DNA of 64,000 nucleotides from positions 40,672,001 through 40,736,000 of the forward strand of contig OX597834.1 of the NCBI GenBank assembly GCA_951406725.2. Direction: 5' to 3'. Positions within the stretch are counted from its first letter, which is position 1, and every line of letters begins with the position of its first letter. Source of the stretch: Octopus vulgaris. Taxonomy: Eukaryota. Under the pieces are notes generated by a model. It searched no databases. It was not told the DNA's origin and worked only from the letters and a program-made list of their open reading frames with translations. Shown in pieces: positions 1-12,879 of this stretch. The translations under genes and the position numbers were made by a program.

Positions 1-134
1 AAACAGAGATATGACTAAGTAGGCAGAAAGACAGAGCGACTGATAGAGCAACATATAGACACAGACAGACAGACAGATAGATATAAAAGAAGGACAGACA
101 GGTATAATAGGAAAGTTTACATCTGCTGACTTAC

Positions 135-288
135 CGCTGCCAACTGCATTGTGGGTAAATTGAATGCTGATGTCACTGCTGAAGTCATGCTGTTCGATGG
201 AGATGTTGTCAGTGGTAACAGAGGTTTCGGGGATAGCCAAGTAGAGCTGTGAGAGCAGGGTACTGCTGAGGGTGCGAGCCTCGTAGAT
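135..288 (-). CDS. CC2D2A: CC2D2A coding exon 23 (gene continues past the left edge)
   Basis: AG/GT bounded, phase 0/1; IYEARTLSSTLLSQLYLAIPETSVTTDNISIEQHDFSSDISIQFTHNAVGSG resembles CC2D2A (..LPIPET..FSS..GVGSG). Confidence 0.88.
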
Positions 289-1163
289 CTGGTGATGGGA
301 AAAGAGAAAGTAGAATGGGTGCAGAGACAGTAAGAGACTGTAAATATATCCTCACCATTATTATTTAGCATCCACTTCTCCATTCTGTCATGAAATTGAG
401 GAAGATTAACATCGATTTTTGTGCAGGATGACCTTCCATTTAAAATCGCAAGATGCATGTTGTTGAAATCCTTCCAATTGTCTTTAAGAAATACCATTAT
501 TTTTACCTTTTGTTAAGGTGGCAGTATGTGTGATTTGGGGATACTTGGCAGGTTATTTCTAGATTGGATGGAGCTTCAATGAAAGCCTACCACTTATCAG
601 AGAATATCAAGGACTGCATATCCTAATAAGGGCAATAGCATGTATTTATATATTATATTATATTATATATAATCTGGCCAATACACCACACTTAGTGAGG
701 GCACATGACCTAGTAGTTAGGCTATTGTACTCACAATTGCGAGATTATGGTTTCAGTTCCTAGACCAGATGGTGTGTTGTGTTCTTGCGCAAAACATTAT
801 TTCTGATGTTGCTCTGCAATCGCTTTGACACCTGACACATGGTACACTTTTGCACCTGTTCAGACAATGTCGATCTGATGGAGAGAGTGAGCTAAAGTGC
901 GACATGAACATTTGATCACTATAAACAAATCATTTGTGCAGGTCATTCGGCAAAAGCTGAACGCTCATACATTATCTTCAATGGAAGAGTCCACCATATA
1001 TAATCACAGGCTTTGACTACTATTTTTAGCAGGGCGAGCTAACATGTACAGAGAGATACATTCTTAGCTATATTGTGTGTGTGTGTGTGTAGATGCATAA
1101 CCTAACGGTTAGAGCATTGGGCCCACAATAACTTCAATCATATCTACTCCATTCTGTAACTAC

Positions 1164-1202
<39 letters not shown>

Positions 1203-1253
1203 ATATCTGTGCATGTATATAAATGTGTGTGTATAGACGTTATACTGTCTCAC

Positions 1254-1338
1254 CTGTAACTTTATACTCTCTGGCCACTGTACAATCTCCAAGTGGTAAA
1301 TTTGACCAAAGTTCACTCTGAAGTCTTCAAGTAAAAAC
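1254..1338 (-). CDS. CC2D2A: CC2D2A coding exon 22
   Basis: phase 2/0; RFLLEDFRVNFGQIYHLEIVQWPESIKLQ matches the CC2D2A DFRVxFGQI..IVxWPES motif. Confidence 0.92.
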
Positions 1339-1406
1339 CTGTAAGTATGGACAAGAGTGTGTATGTGTGTGAGTATGCATATATATATATAGAGAGAGAG
1401 AGAGAC

Positions 1407-1439
<33 letters not shown>

Positions 1440-2322
1440 TAGATATACATACACACGTATAAATATAAACAAACTAACATTTGTTTTTATAAGCATCAAA
1501 ATTCCTATAGAACGATACAAATTAGATGATATTTTTTCAAATGCAGAATTGCCATTAGAACAGCAGAAATACTGAGTAAATTACCTTCACAAAGCAGAAA
1601 AATTTCTCACCAACCAGCCATATAGAGTTTATAAGTGAGGGACTATCAGTCTGAGTAAAATGCTTTATAATCTCTCTGTTTGTACACTTGGCTAACAATA
1701 TTGTTTAGATTAGCAAAGAGCTCCGTGTGTCCTTGTGGCAGGGTCTGAGGTTTATTGTTCATATTGTAATTTCATGCCTTGTGTTCAAATTATGCCGGTT
1801 TTTTACTCAGAGAGATATACAGGGCGAGGCATACATGATGGTCATTACGCATTACTTTATTGTAGTAAATTTGATATAACTGGAAATGACAACTCTGATG
1901 AAAGTAGCATTACTTCCCTAGTTGTTTAAATTTCTTCATCCAACCAATGGGCCAAATTGAGTAAATATATACGACAGGCTTCTTTCAGGTTCCGTCTACC
2001 AAATCCACTCACAAGGCTTTGGTCGGCCCAAGGCTATAGTAGAAGATACTTGCCCAAGGTGCCGCGCAGTGGGACTGAACCCGGAAACATGTGATTGGAA
2101 AGCAAGCTTCTTACCACACAGCCACTCCTGTGCCTATATAAAAAATAATTTTTAATTTAACCAATGACTTGTGTTTGTTACTTGAGACACCATTCACTAA
2201 CAGGAACATTTTATGTTTGAAAAATTATTTGTAAACCAATTTAATTGCGATCAGAGACTTTCGTAAACCAAGGTTCCACCGTATTTTTACAAAGATAGTG
2301 AAGAAAAGAAGTAGGACCCTAC

Positions 2323-2415
2323 CTTTGGTTAGTCTGTAAAACCTGTTTGTCATTAAAGAGGATCTTGATAAATAATCTACAAGATGACACGTCATTCCTT
2401 CGCCGTTGTTCAATC
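2323..2415 (-). CDS. CC2D2A: CC2D2A coding exon 21
   Basis: phase 2/2; RIEQRRRNDVSSCRLFIKILFNDKQVLQTNQR. Confidence 0.88.
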
Positions 2416-2738
2416 CTGTAAGAAAGGCAGGGTACATTACAAAGGTGGTGGGAGGAGAAAGATTTAAAAGGGAAAAGAGGAGGAGGGACAGGAGTGCAAC
2501 TGATGAGGAAGTGGGAAGGGTTGTAGAGGGTGGTAGTGAAAGTTCATGGTGGTTACAGCACAGTGAGGTGGTAGCTGTAGTGTAGTCAGTGTTGTAGTGG
2601 TGAGTGGTAGTTGAAACAGTAGCCATGTGAAGGTGGTAGTGTAATAGATGCAATGGGACAGCGGTGGTGTGGTGGCAAAGATAGTAAAGGCATCCTCAAA
2701 ACTCACTGTCTACATGGATGTAGTGGAGTAAGACTTAC

Positions 2739-2805
2739 CTGGGACAGTCTGCTGCTGGGGTAACGTTAGCCGTGTAAGTGATCTCAGGTGATAACTTTGG
2801 TGTAC
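2739..2805 (-). CDS. CC2D2A: CC2D2A coding exon 20
   Basis: phase 1/2; GTPKLSPEITYTANVTPAADCPR. Confidence 0.85.
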
Positions 2806-4094
2806 CTTAGAGACAGAGAAGAAAAACGACTTATGAAGACTGTGAATGTACATGCATACATGTGTGTGTGTGTGTGTGTGTGTGTGATTGTCTCCCACCA
2901 CTGCTTGATAACCAGTGTTGTCAATCCCTGTAACTTAGCAGTTTGGCAATAGAGATTGATAAAATAAGTACCACACTTTAAAAAAAAATAAGTACTGGGG
3001 GTAAATTCATTTCAGCAAAAAATTCTTCAAGGTAGTGTCTGAGCATGGCTGCAGTCTAATGATTGAAACAAGCAAAAGATCAAATATGTGCGTATGAGTG
3101 TGTATGTGTATATGTATATATATATATATATTTTCCTTTTCCTTTCTCTTTTTCCCTTTGTCAACCTTCGTTTTCCTGTCAATATTCCTCTGATAAAGCC
3201 CAAATCATTCTGACGATGTTTGTTACATTGAATGAAATAAATGCAAATTTACCTCAAAAATAACAAACTGAAACAGCTGTAAATGTTATTTTAACTATAA
3301 TTAAACTACGACCATTTAATACCAAAGATCATCTTCTAATTGTTAATTGCTGCTCCATTTCTTATCTTATCTGAATATATTAAACCACTGTTTACCTTTT
3401 AAAATTACCAACTGCTGTTAACCTCATAACAAGTCCTATTCATAGTTAGATAATACACCAGTAGTGCCTACAGATACATTTATCCCTTAGATGCTTGCAT
3501 AACCTCTAACTCATAATTTTTATCATCATCATCATCATCATCGTTTAGCGTCCGTTTTCCATGCTGGCAGGGGTTGATAAATATAAATATAAGCAATAAG
3601 AAATCTCAGGACGAGATGTAAAGTGTAACCGCTCAACAACGTAAAGTATACTCAGCCATCTCAATATGGCAATAAAGCTACAGTAACACCCACCCTTAGT
3701 GGTTAGCCATATTGAGATGGCTAGTATACTTTATGTTAATATAAATATATATATATATATGTTTATATATATACTCTTTTACTTGTTTCAGTCATTTGAC
3801 TGTGACCATGCTGGAGCACTGCCTTTAGTCGAGCAAATCGACCCCGTGACTTATTCTTTGTAAGCCTAGTATTTATTCTATCATTCTCTTTTGCCGAACC
3901 GCTAAGTTACGGCGATGTCAAGCGATGTTGGGGGAGACAAACACAGACACACAAACATATACACACACATACATATATACATATGCTAATGATGCTAATG
4001 ATGCTAATGATGATGATGAGAACGACACTAATGTTGATGAAGATGAAGCTATTGATGACAATGATGATGACACCTAAAAATTCCCAGTACAAAC

Positions 4095-4221
4095 CTGGGT
4101 GCCTCCGACACTCCAGAGCTTTGGATCTTATGCTCTCTCGGGTCCCTCGTTCATCAAATGCCTCGGGACACACAGGCTTGGATGTTGTTTCTTCAGCCAG
4201 TATTTCTTCATCTTTCACAGT
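4095..4221 (-). CDS. CC2D2A: CC2D2A coding exon 19
   Basis: phase 0/1; TVKDEEILAEETTSKPVCPEAFDERGTRESIRSKALECRRHP. Confidence 0.85.
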
Positions 4222-4603
4222 CTGGACAAAAGAAGAAATAAAAAAACATATAAATAAAAAAACAAAAATAACCAACATACGAATTTGTGTGTGACTGAGT
4301 GATGTGCATGTATGTATAATACATTTGCAGATAAGGCTGTATGGTTATAAAGTTCTGTTTGTAACAACAGGGTTTCAAGTTCAATGCTGGTCCACACCAA
4401 TTTCTTGCTTTTTATTTTTTAAATAAAAAAAAGTATGAAGTGGTGATAATCCTTTTATTTGTTTCAGTCATTTGACTGCAGCCATGCTGGAGCACCACCT
4501 TTAGTTGAACAAATTGACCCCAGGACTTATTCTTTATAAATCTAGTACTTATTCAATAAGTCTCTTTTGCCAAAATATATGTATGTGTATATATATGTGT
4601 GTA

Positions 4604-4655
<52 letters not shown>

Positions 4656-4734
4656 TACACACGCATGCAAGCATATGCATAATTACAAATGTAGATATAT
4701 ATACCCTCATATATAAGCACATACATATACTTAC

Positions 4735-4827
4735 TTGTTCATCCTCTTCTTCTTCCTCCTCATCATCCCCAGTGCGTGTCTTCTTTTTCTTCTTTGCTTT
4801 CATGTTCCTGCGTTTCACGGCTTCTTT
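4735..4827 (-). CDS. CC2D2A: CC2D2A coding exon 18
   Basis: phase 0/0; KEAVKRRNMKAKKKKKTRTGDDEEEEEEDEQ; GTAAGT donor. Confidence 0.82.
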
Positions 4828-5011
4828 CTGTGATGGTATTGGTAGGGTCATGTGATGTTGTTGATGTAGGATTGTCGACATGTAGTATTGTACACATGTT
4901 TTAGTGTGGTGTTGGTACAGTGATGAGGAAAATAAATGAAAAAATATTAAACATTTAAAGCAACACAACAAAGTATATATAATATTTACCTCTCTCTCTC
5001 TCTCTCTCTCT

Positions 5012-5056
<45 letters not shown>

Positions 5057-5103
5057 TATATACACACACATACACAGGTATTTGAATATCTATTTGAATA
5101 TAT

Positions 5104-5154
<51 letters not shown>

Positions 5155-5728
5155 TATATATATATATTGTTAGTGTTATTATTGAGTGAGAGAGCAGCAC
5201 ACACCATCAAATTGACACTGGGATAAAATATACGAAGCCCAGCATACCCATCATGACTACCCATCTGATAAGGGTACACCAGGCACATGCATCACAACCA
5301 TATGTGCGCGACATATGTGATCTCATATCTAGATAAATAGTGCATGACCTTGCAGGTGGGGCCCAGTTAGAATTTTTTTTAAGGTCGACTAGCCCATCCC
5401 ACTCAAAAGGTCCCTGAATAAGGTTTGCTTTAAGGATGTTGAACAAAACACTCATGTTTCCAGAGGTGAATTATCCAAACCCCCCAAAATTCATCTCAAC
5501 ACACTATCCACTGATACAGTGTCTTTATGACCATAAAGGTCAATACTGAAAAATTTATCTGTGCATGAAAGAAAACAGAAAGGACCTGCATACGGTGCTG
5601 TTAATGGAGGTTTAACAACCCTTTTTTTGTGCACAAAAATGTGTGTCCAAGAAGTAAAACTTCCTTCAAAGCAGAGCTAGAGATGCAATTGTCAAGTAGG
5701 TCAGAGGTTTTAAACACACACACTCACA

Positions 5729-5790
<62 letters not shown>

Positions 5791-6292
5791 CATGTATGTG
5801 CATACATGCATATGTGCATGAATGTGAACATCCACAGCTTCATTTAGAAGTGAGTAAAATGGTTTTTATGATGTTTTCATTCCTTGTCGACGTTATGACA
5901 AGTCATTCTATGCTTTCAAAGATGTGCAGAATAAATCACTTTTTACTTAAAAATAATCGAAGCGTTGGTGACAGGAAGGGTATCCAGGTGCAAAATATTG
6001 CCTTAAATAAGTCCCTGTCTAAACCTTGCCATCAACAAATCTAGCAGTCCACTAAGTTATGGTAACCAAGACATACCTATTTCTTTACTACCCACAAGGG
6101 GCTAAACACAGACAGACAAACGGATTAAGTCGATTATATCGACTCCAGAGTGTAACTGGTACTTAATTTATCGACCCTGAAAGGATGAAAGGCAAAGTCG
6201 ACCTCAGTGGAATTTGAAAGTAATGGCAGATGAAATACGGCTAACGGCTACGCATTTCGCCCAGCGTGCTAACGTTTCTGCCAGAATCATAC

Positions 6293-6449
6293 CCTTAACT
6301 GCTGCTTTTTCTGCCATTCTTCCAGCTCCTGTTGGTATTCAATGAGTTTCTGCTGATAACTCTCTTCATACTCTTCACGGGCTTCCTCCAACTCTTCATC
6401 AATCTCTTGCCTCCACTGCTGGTCATCTTGGTCTCGGTCCATTTCCTGC
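6293..6449 (-). CDS. CC2D2A: CC2D2A coding exon 17 (coiled coil)
   Basis: phase 2/0; QEMDRDQDDQQWRQEIDEELEEAREEYEESYQQKLIEYQQELEEWQKKQQLR. Confidence 0.88.
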
Positions 6450-6583
6450 CTGGTTACACAACAACACATTTTATATATATATATATATAATCACTTCTTT
6501 ATTGCCCACAGGGGGCTAAACATAGAAGGGACAAACAAGGACAGACAAAAGTTTTCAGTTGATTACATCGAACCCCTGTGCGT

Positions 6584-6932
6584 AATTTTTACCATTAAGA
6601 CTATTCTGCAGAGACCTGAATAGGTGGAAATCCGAAGGAGCAATATCTGGTGAATATGGAGGGTGGGGTAACACATCCCAGCCGAGCTGCAGAAATTTTT
6701 GTCTGGTTCCCAAAGCATCAAGTGCCGAAAATGAACTTTCTTATCTTCCATTTTAAAGGGTCACAGAATTAACACAGGTCATAGGAACATAAACCTTCTT
6801 CCACGAAAAGATAGCTTAAACTGTGTTCTAAATGGAAGTGTAGTCAAATCCTATTCTATGGACTCGACCATGTTCTAAAACAAGTCGAGAGGTAAGCTGC
6901 TATAAATTGGCACAAACATCCGGACAACCCAA
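6584..6932 (-). mobile_element. Internally deleted mariner transposon
   Basis: TA plus TTGGGTTGTCCGG left end; MEDKKVHFRHLMLWE N-terminus lies next to a C-terminal LGWDVLPHPPYSPDIAPSDFHLFRSLQNSL (mariner YSPDLAPSD motif). Confidence 0.85.
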
Positions 6933-7016
6933 TACAAGGAGAAGGACTTGAAAGTGTACGGTGTTGATAGAGGGAGATGGTGTGCTAAGGACAGAAACAA
7001 GAAAAGCAGGTCATAC

Positions 7017-7157
7017 TTGCAGATAGTGAGTTTAATAGGGGTGGCCACAAACTGCTGTTTCTCTCTCAGCTGTTTGATATTCTTCCAAGTTTGAATGATG
7101 GCTTTGACTAACTTGTGGCAACAATGTTCCTCGTGGTCTCTTTGGTTACGGATTTGC
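7017..7157 (-). CDS. CC2D2A: CC2D2A coding exon 16
   Basis: phase 2/2; QIRNQRDHEEHCCHKLVKAIIQTWKNIKQLREKQQFVATPIKLTICK. Confidence 0.9.
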
Positions 7158-7986
7158 CTGGAGAAAAACAAAAAAAAAACCACAAAGTATAGACAAAATA
7201 CTAAAGCAGCATGATAGCATTGCCCCAGCATGGCCACATCCAATTGACTGAAACTAGTAAGAGGCTAAAAGACAAGCAGAAAAATGTTCAATTATTAATA
7301 AACTGTTGACTAAAGTGGACCAAATCTTAGTGGCCGTTGTTGTTTAGTTGCAGGTCATCCCTGATCCAGCAGACCTATGATCAGAGATGGTCAAGTTATG
7401 ACCACCCTGTCTTTTATTCTAGAACTAGATTATCTAATACTTATTATTTAATCCCCGGTCAGTCCTGACTCTATTTGTGTGAGTGAGTGCGTGAATGCCT
7501 GCATCTGGATCCTCCTCCTCATCATCATCATCGTTTAACGTCCATTTTCCATTCTGGCATGGGTTGGACGATTTGACTGAGGACTGACAAACCAGATCAC
7601 TGCACCAGGCTCCAGTCTTGATCTGGCAGAGTTTCTACAGCTGGATGCCCTTCCTAATGCCAACTACTCCAAGAGTGTTGTGGGTGCTTTTACGTGCCAC
7701 CAGCACAAGGGGACGTGTGTGTATAAGGGAAAATGAGTGCATTAATCAAAAATACTTCGCAGTATGTAGTTTCCTCTAAGTTTTTCCCCCATTTTTGATA
7801 AGGTCACATCACCTTTTTTTTGTCCATTTTAAGATCAATAAAATAAGTATTACATGCTGTACTGAGGGGCCTTATAACCAACAAATGTCCTTGAAGGCAG
7901 AGCCCTAGCATAAACATAGTCCAATGACTGAAACCAGTATATAAGAGAATGTGTGCACATACACACACACACAGAGTAATACTTAC

Positions 7987-8051
7987 CGTATTTCTGTTTT
8001 ATAATCTTTTAATCTCTGCTTGTAATTAGCTTTGTCTTCTTCAGAGAGATC
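7987..8051 (-). CDS. CC2D2A: CC2D2A coding exon 15
   Basis: phase 0/2; DLSEEDKANYKQRLKDYKTEIR. Confidence 0.85.
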
Positions 8052-8387
8052 CTAAGGAAAAGAAAGAGTGCATGCATGTAAATATATATGTTAGTAAGTA
8101 TATATACATCTAAATATGTGTGTGTGTGTGTGTCTGTATTTGGTTGCAGAAAAATTTACCTCAATAAATTCTATCCGATCGTTGTGAGCAGAGAAAAGTG
8201 GACTTTAAAAAATGACAACAATATACATACACACACACATGCACACACATACACACACACACACACACACATGCACACACAAGTATGCACGAACACACAC
8301 ACCCACACAATGCGAAATACTGTAGCTTGTTTATCAAGAGGATTTAGTTCAACCCACCAAACCCACCTCAACGGAGCAGAGACCTAC

Positions 8388-8444
8388 CTGTTTGCTCTGT
8401 AAGTAATTTTGCAAATGTAAGGTTGAAGTCTTCACAGCTTTCAA
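8388..8444 (-). CDS. CC2D2A: CC2D2A coding exon 14
   Basis: phase 0/0; LKAVKTSTLHLQNYLQSKQ; a second in-frame donor lies 21 nt further (8367). Confidence 0.8.
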
Positions 8445-8469
8445 CTGAAATAAAATACAAATATCATTA

Positions 8470-9148
8470 AGGAAGGTGAGGGAAGTGTTGCCTTCTAGCA
8501 AATTTGTTGAAAGGTGGGTGGATGTCAGAAAAATGGCCAGTATGGATGGACCAATTCTGAGATTACACCTGTATAAAAGAAGTATAAAAGGAGAAAGGCT
8601 CTCGCCCTGTTGACCAGGCACCTGCGGCTTTTATGGGTTCTTTTTCCACGAGTAACCTTCAATGCGCCTCCCCCTATTGGGAGGTTTTTTTACCTGTTAC
8701 ATTGTTATTACTGTTATGAAATGTTTACACGGATGTTTTCTTTGCAAAAAACCTTTTGTATATCATCTTGTGTTGTCCTTCATGTTTTGATTTATATTAG
8801 CCCTTGTGGCCAATAAAAAGAATTAATTATTATTATTATTATTACATTTGTATATCATCTTGTGTTGTCCTTTAATGTCTTGATTTATATTAGCCCTTGT
8901 GGCCAATAAAATAATGAATTATCATTTAATTTATACAAGTTGCACCCAAATCTCAACCAGAGATGTCAAGGGAGAACAATCGTTATTACTGAGGTGCTGA
9001 GCAAGTGAAAACACTGATGTCTGTAGGAGAAATTATTATTATTTGCATGAATGTGAAAACCCTTTGTATCGTCTTGTGTTGTCTTTTGTGTATAATTTAT
9101 AATAGCCCTTGTGGCCAATAAAAGAATCAATTATTATTATTATTATAA
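8470..9148 (+). mobile_element. LINE-like 3' end with a triplicated terminal segment
   Basis: KFVERW-type ORF end; segment TCTTGTGTTGTC..AGCCCTTGTGGCCAATAAAA plus an ATT-rich tail at ~8757, ~8849 and ~9065. Confidence 0.55.
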
Positions 9149-9669
9149 CTAGGTCAATATTACTGCAGAAAAGTAGAGAAAAAGATGAGGAATAAAGACA
9201 GTAGAGAGAAATTGTGGAAATCAGGACACAAATGAAAATGGTAACAGAATAGAAATAAGAAAACAATGCAGAAGAATGAATAGAAAATAATAAAATAGAA
9301 TAAACAGGAAATCGGAAAACAGATTAGAAAGACAAGAAAACAGAAATGAAAATAACACTGCAGAATAAACCAAAAAAGACAAGGATAGTTGAAGTGGATA
9401 AATAGAAGAGAAAACAGATATGGTGGAAAGAACACAGAAAACAGAAATAACAGCAGAGGATATCAGAATAGGATAGCAAAAAGAATGAAACAGAAATAAA
9501 AACAGAAATAAGAAAGTAGCATAATGGAAAAGGAGGAAAGTAGAAACAAAATAAGACAGTAATAACAGAGAATAGTATAAAATGGAAAAAACAGATAACA
9601 AAGGAAAACAGTTTGGTGAATTAAAAAACAGAATAACATATGGAGAAAAAAATAGCTGTAGGTAGAGTA

Positions 9670-9890
9670 TAAGTGTTATAAGGAGTAAAAACAGCAAGAT
9701 GTAGAGTACAATGTTAAAAGGGGTGAAAAACAGCAACAGGTGGGGTAATAATGTTATAAGGGGTGGAAAAACAGCAACAGGTAGGGTAGTAATGTTATAA
9801 GGGGTAAAAAAGAGCAATAGGTGGGGTAGCAATGTTATAAGGGGTAAAAAAGAGAAACAGGTGGGGCAGCAATGTTATAAGGGGTAAGAA
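9670..9890. repeat. 36-39-bp minisatellite, ~6 units
   Basis: AATGTTATAAGGGGTAAAAAAGAGCAACAGGTGGGGTAGC-like units. Confidence 0.85.
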
Positions 9891-9900
9891 AATAAATTAC

Positions 9901-10110
9901 CTTTTTGGTAAGGAAGGATAAGCTGTTTTTCTTCATTATCTTTGAGTATTGTTGGTAGAGGGCAAATAATCTATTGGCAAGAACATGTTCCATACTAAAC
10001 AGGTGGTGTTGACTAAACACTATACTGTTGATGTCGATGTCCAGTTGGTAATGTTTGTCATTGTCTGCGCAGCCGGACATCAGGCGTGTGTCAAACTCAT
10101 GCACTTCAGC
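9901..10110 (-). CDS. CC2D2A: CC2D2A coding exon 13
   Basis: phase 0/0; AEVHEFDTRL..YQLDIDINSIVFSQHHLFSMEHVLANRLFALYQQY..LTKK, matching the CC2D2A FxxHxxFSxEHVL motif. Confidence 0.92.
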
Positions 10111-10836
10111 CTGGATAAATAGAGATAACGATGAAGACAAATAGAGGAAGTGTCAGTTGTTGGGGGTGGATTGTTGTTTATGGGTAAAAAGTAGGAACAC
10201 ACACAAGCATGCACACAAACACCTATGTTAAAATGTGCTCCAGCATGATCACATTACTTTTTATTCAGACATAGTGCATCAAGAACTACACTATCCAATG
10301 TAGCCCCTCCTAGATGCTGTTTACATCCAGGTCGACCCTGATCCACCGGACATATCATCAATTCCTCAGACGCTTGGTACAGACCAAAGTTTGTACCATG
10401 TGACTCTAGAGGTGATATATTATCATCATTATCATTTTAGGTTTGGTGGACGGAAACTGAAAGAAGCCCGTCGTATGTGTGTGTATGTGTGCATGCGTGT
10501 GTGTTCATACCTGTTCCATCACCACTGCTGGACAATTGATATTGGTATAATTATGTCCCAATAACTTAGCAGTTTGACAAAAGAGACTAATAAAATAAGT
10601 AACAGTCTTAAAAAAAAAAGGTAAGTTCTGTGGTCAGAAGAAACGACCCAAGAACTTACAAGGTGGTGCTCCAGCATGGCTGCAGTCTAATGACTGAAAC
10701 AAGTAAAAGATAAACGATAATACACACACACACATATATGAGAGAAAAAGATGTCTGTGTGTGTGTGGAGATAGATGAATAAGTATACACACACACACAG
10801 GCACACAACCCTATAAACTGTCATATGATGACTCAC

Positions 10837-10959
10837 CTTGGTGTAGATGACTCCAAAATTAGAGTCCTCTTCTTCAGGGACAGGAGGCCTTGAAGGGGTC
10901 AACTTTAAAGGGTCTGGCAAGGTGATAATTTCACCATCCTCTCCAAACCACTTTTTGTC
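10837..10959 (-). CDS. CC2D2A: CC2D2A coding exon 12
   Basis: phase 0/0; DKKWFGEDGEIITLPDPLKLTPSRPPV.., matching the WFGxDG..LPxP..PSRPP motif. Confidence 0.92.
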
Positions 10960-11544
10960 CTGAATCACAAAAAAAAAAAAAGAAAGATTATTAATCAATT
11001 AATAAGAAAGGAAAAATCACAATAAATAAATAAATAAATAGACGACACACAGACACTTTGTTGAAATCATACATGTTTTTTTCTTATTATTTGTCAATAG
11101 TATACTGAGTAAATTTTCATCATCATCATTTAATGTCCGTTGTCCATGATGGCATGGGTTGGACGGTTTAACCAGGGATGTCAAGCTGGAAGTCTGCACC
11201 AGACTCCAGTCTGATTTAGCATGGTTTTCTACAGCTGGATGCCCTTCCTGTTTTAAAATTGTATGATGGATTGCCGTCATTTCATTCTTTCTTTCTTACC
11301 TGTCTGTGTTTGCCTTTCAAGTGCTGTGTTTTTACTGAGATCCCCCTTTTAGTAGAAGGAATAGCTATATCTCTTTGACTGCTATTTCTAAATTCGGTGT
11401 GTTGGTGAGGCAATTCGTTGCTAAACCCTTAATTACTTAGTATTACTTAAATTTTCCTCGAATGGGGCTTTTACATGCCGAAATCTACTTGGTGTAATCG
11501 ATAATTATTCCCTAATTAATTAATTTCACCCTTTATTATTACTG

Positions 11545-11591
<47 letters not shown>

Positions 11592-12109
11592 CATGGCTGT
11601 GTGGTTAGGGAGCTTGCTGCCTAGCTACATGGTTTCGGGTTCAGTCCCACTGCGTGGCACTTTGGGTAGGTGTCTTCCGCTATAGCCCCAAGCCGACCGG
11701 AGCTTTGTGATTCAATTCGGTAGGTGGAAGTTACTGCCGTGTGTGTATGTGTGCGTATAGCTGCTCAGTACCTCTCCGAAAGAGAGAGAGGGATATATAT
11801 ATATATATTCATGCAAAGTTATATTTAACTTGTTTGAATACATTTGGACATGATAAGACCATACACTGTGGAACTACTTCTGGGCTGTGAAGAATGTCAT
11901 TGGATTTTAAGACGTGTGCATTTCTGTCTTTTTGCTTTGTCAGCTATGAAAACCAAATCTGTCACTCAACACACACACACATGAAAACACATAAAAACAT
12001 GTGTATATACAAAGAAATGAATGCACACACACACGCATACATACATACAAACATGCATATACATGCAATCCGTTCCATTCACCCTCCACTATTCTGTTTG
12101 TCACCTCAC

Positions 12110-12252
12110 CACGTCTTTTCCTTGCACTAGGCGATGCTCCATTCGGTTGCGGTTGCTAGTAGCAACACTAGGTGGTGTGCCAACATAGAACCCCTCATCA
12201 ACAAGGTTGCGTGCCTCTTTCTGGGACCCAGACAGCTTTTCTGCAGGTGGAA
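12110..12252 (-). CDS. CC2D2A: CC2D2A coding exon 11
   Basis: phase 1/0; IPPAEKLSGSQKEARNLVDEGFYVGTPPSVATSNRNRMEHRLVQGKDV, matching the DEGxYxG..NxNxMExRL motif. Confidence 0.9.
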
Positions 12253-12646
12253 CTGGAAAACACAGAGACAGAGAGAGAGATAGAGAGAGAGAGAAAGAGA
12301 TAATAGTAAAGCAGGATATTAAAATACATCATCATCATCATCATAGGCACAGACATGACTGTGTGGTAAGAAGCTTGCTTCCCAACCACATAATTCAGGG
12401 TTCAGACTCACTCCGTGACACCTTGGTCAAGGGTTTTCTACTATGGCCGCAAGCCAACCAAATCCTTGTGAGTGGATTTGGTAGACGGAAACTGAGAGAA
12501 GCTTGCTGTGTACATACATGCATGCATGTATGTATGTATGTACATGTATATGTATATGCTACATGGCAGTGAAACATGGGCTGTGACAGCCGAGAACATG
12601 CGTAGGCTTGAAAGAAATGAAGCATACATGCATGTATGCATATATA

Positions 12647-12879
12647 TATTTCTTTACTACCCTCAAGGAGCTAAACATAGAGGGGACAAACAAGGACAGA
12701 CAAAGGGATTAAGTCAATTACATCGACTCCAGTGCGTAACTGGTACTTAATTTATCGACCCTGAAAGGATGAAAGGCAAAGTCGACCTCGGCGGAATTTA
12801 AACGCGGAACGTAATGACAGACGAAATATGGCTATGCATTTCGCCCGGCATGCTAACGTTTCTGCCAACTCGCTGCCTT
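12647..12879 (-). mobile_element. tRNA-headed SINE, family D, single copy
   Basis: Head GGCAGCGAGTTGGCAGAAACGTTAGCATGCCGGGCGAAATG, tail ..GGGTAGTAAAGAAATA; related copies at 6075-6285, 22296-22500, 37697-37880, 59055-59165. Confidence 0.8.

Noticed and set aside
9039-9832. Hydrophobic F/L/Y-rich ORFs resembling membrane proteins
   Set aside because: They come from a pyrimidine-rich intronic low-complexity tract and the minisatellite.
11455-11490. Possible third hammerhead-like motif (..GGC..GCC GAAA)
   Set aside because: No CTGANGA core; too degenerate to support.
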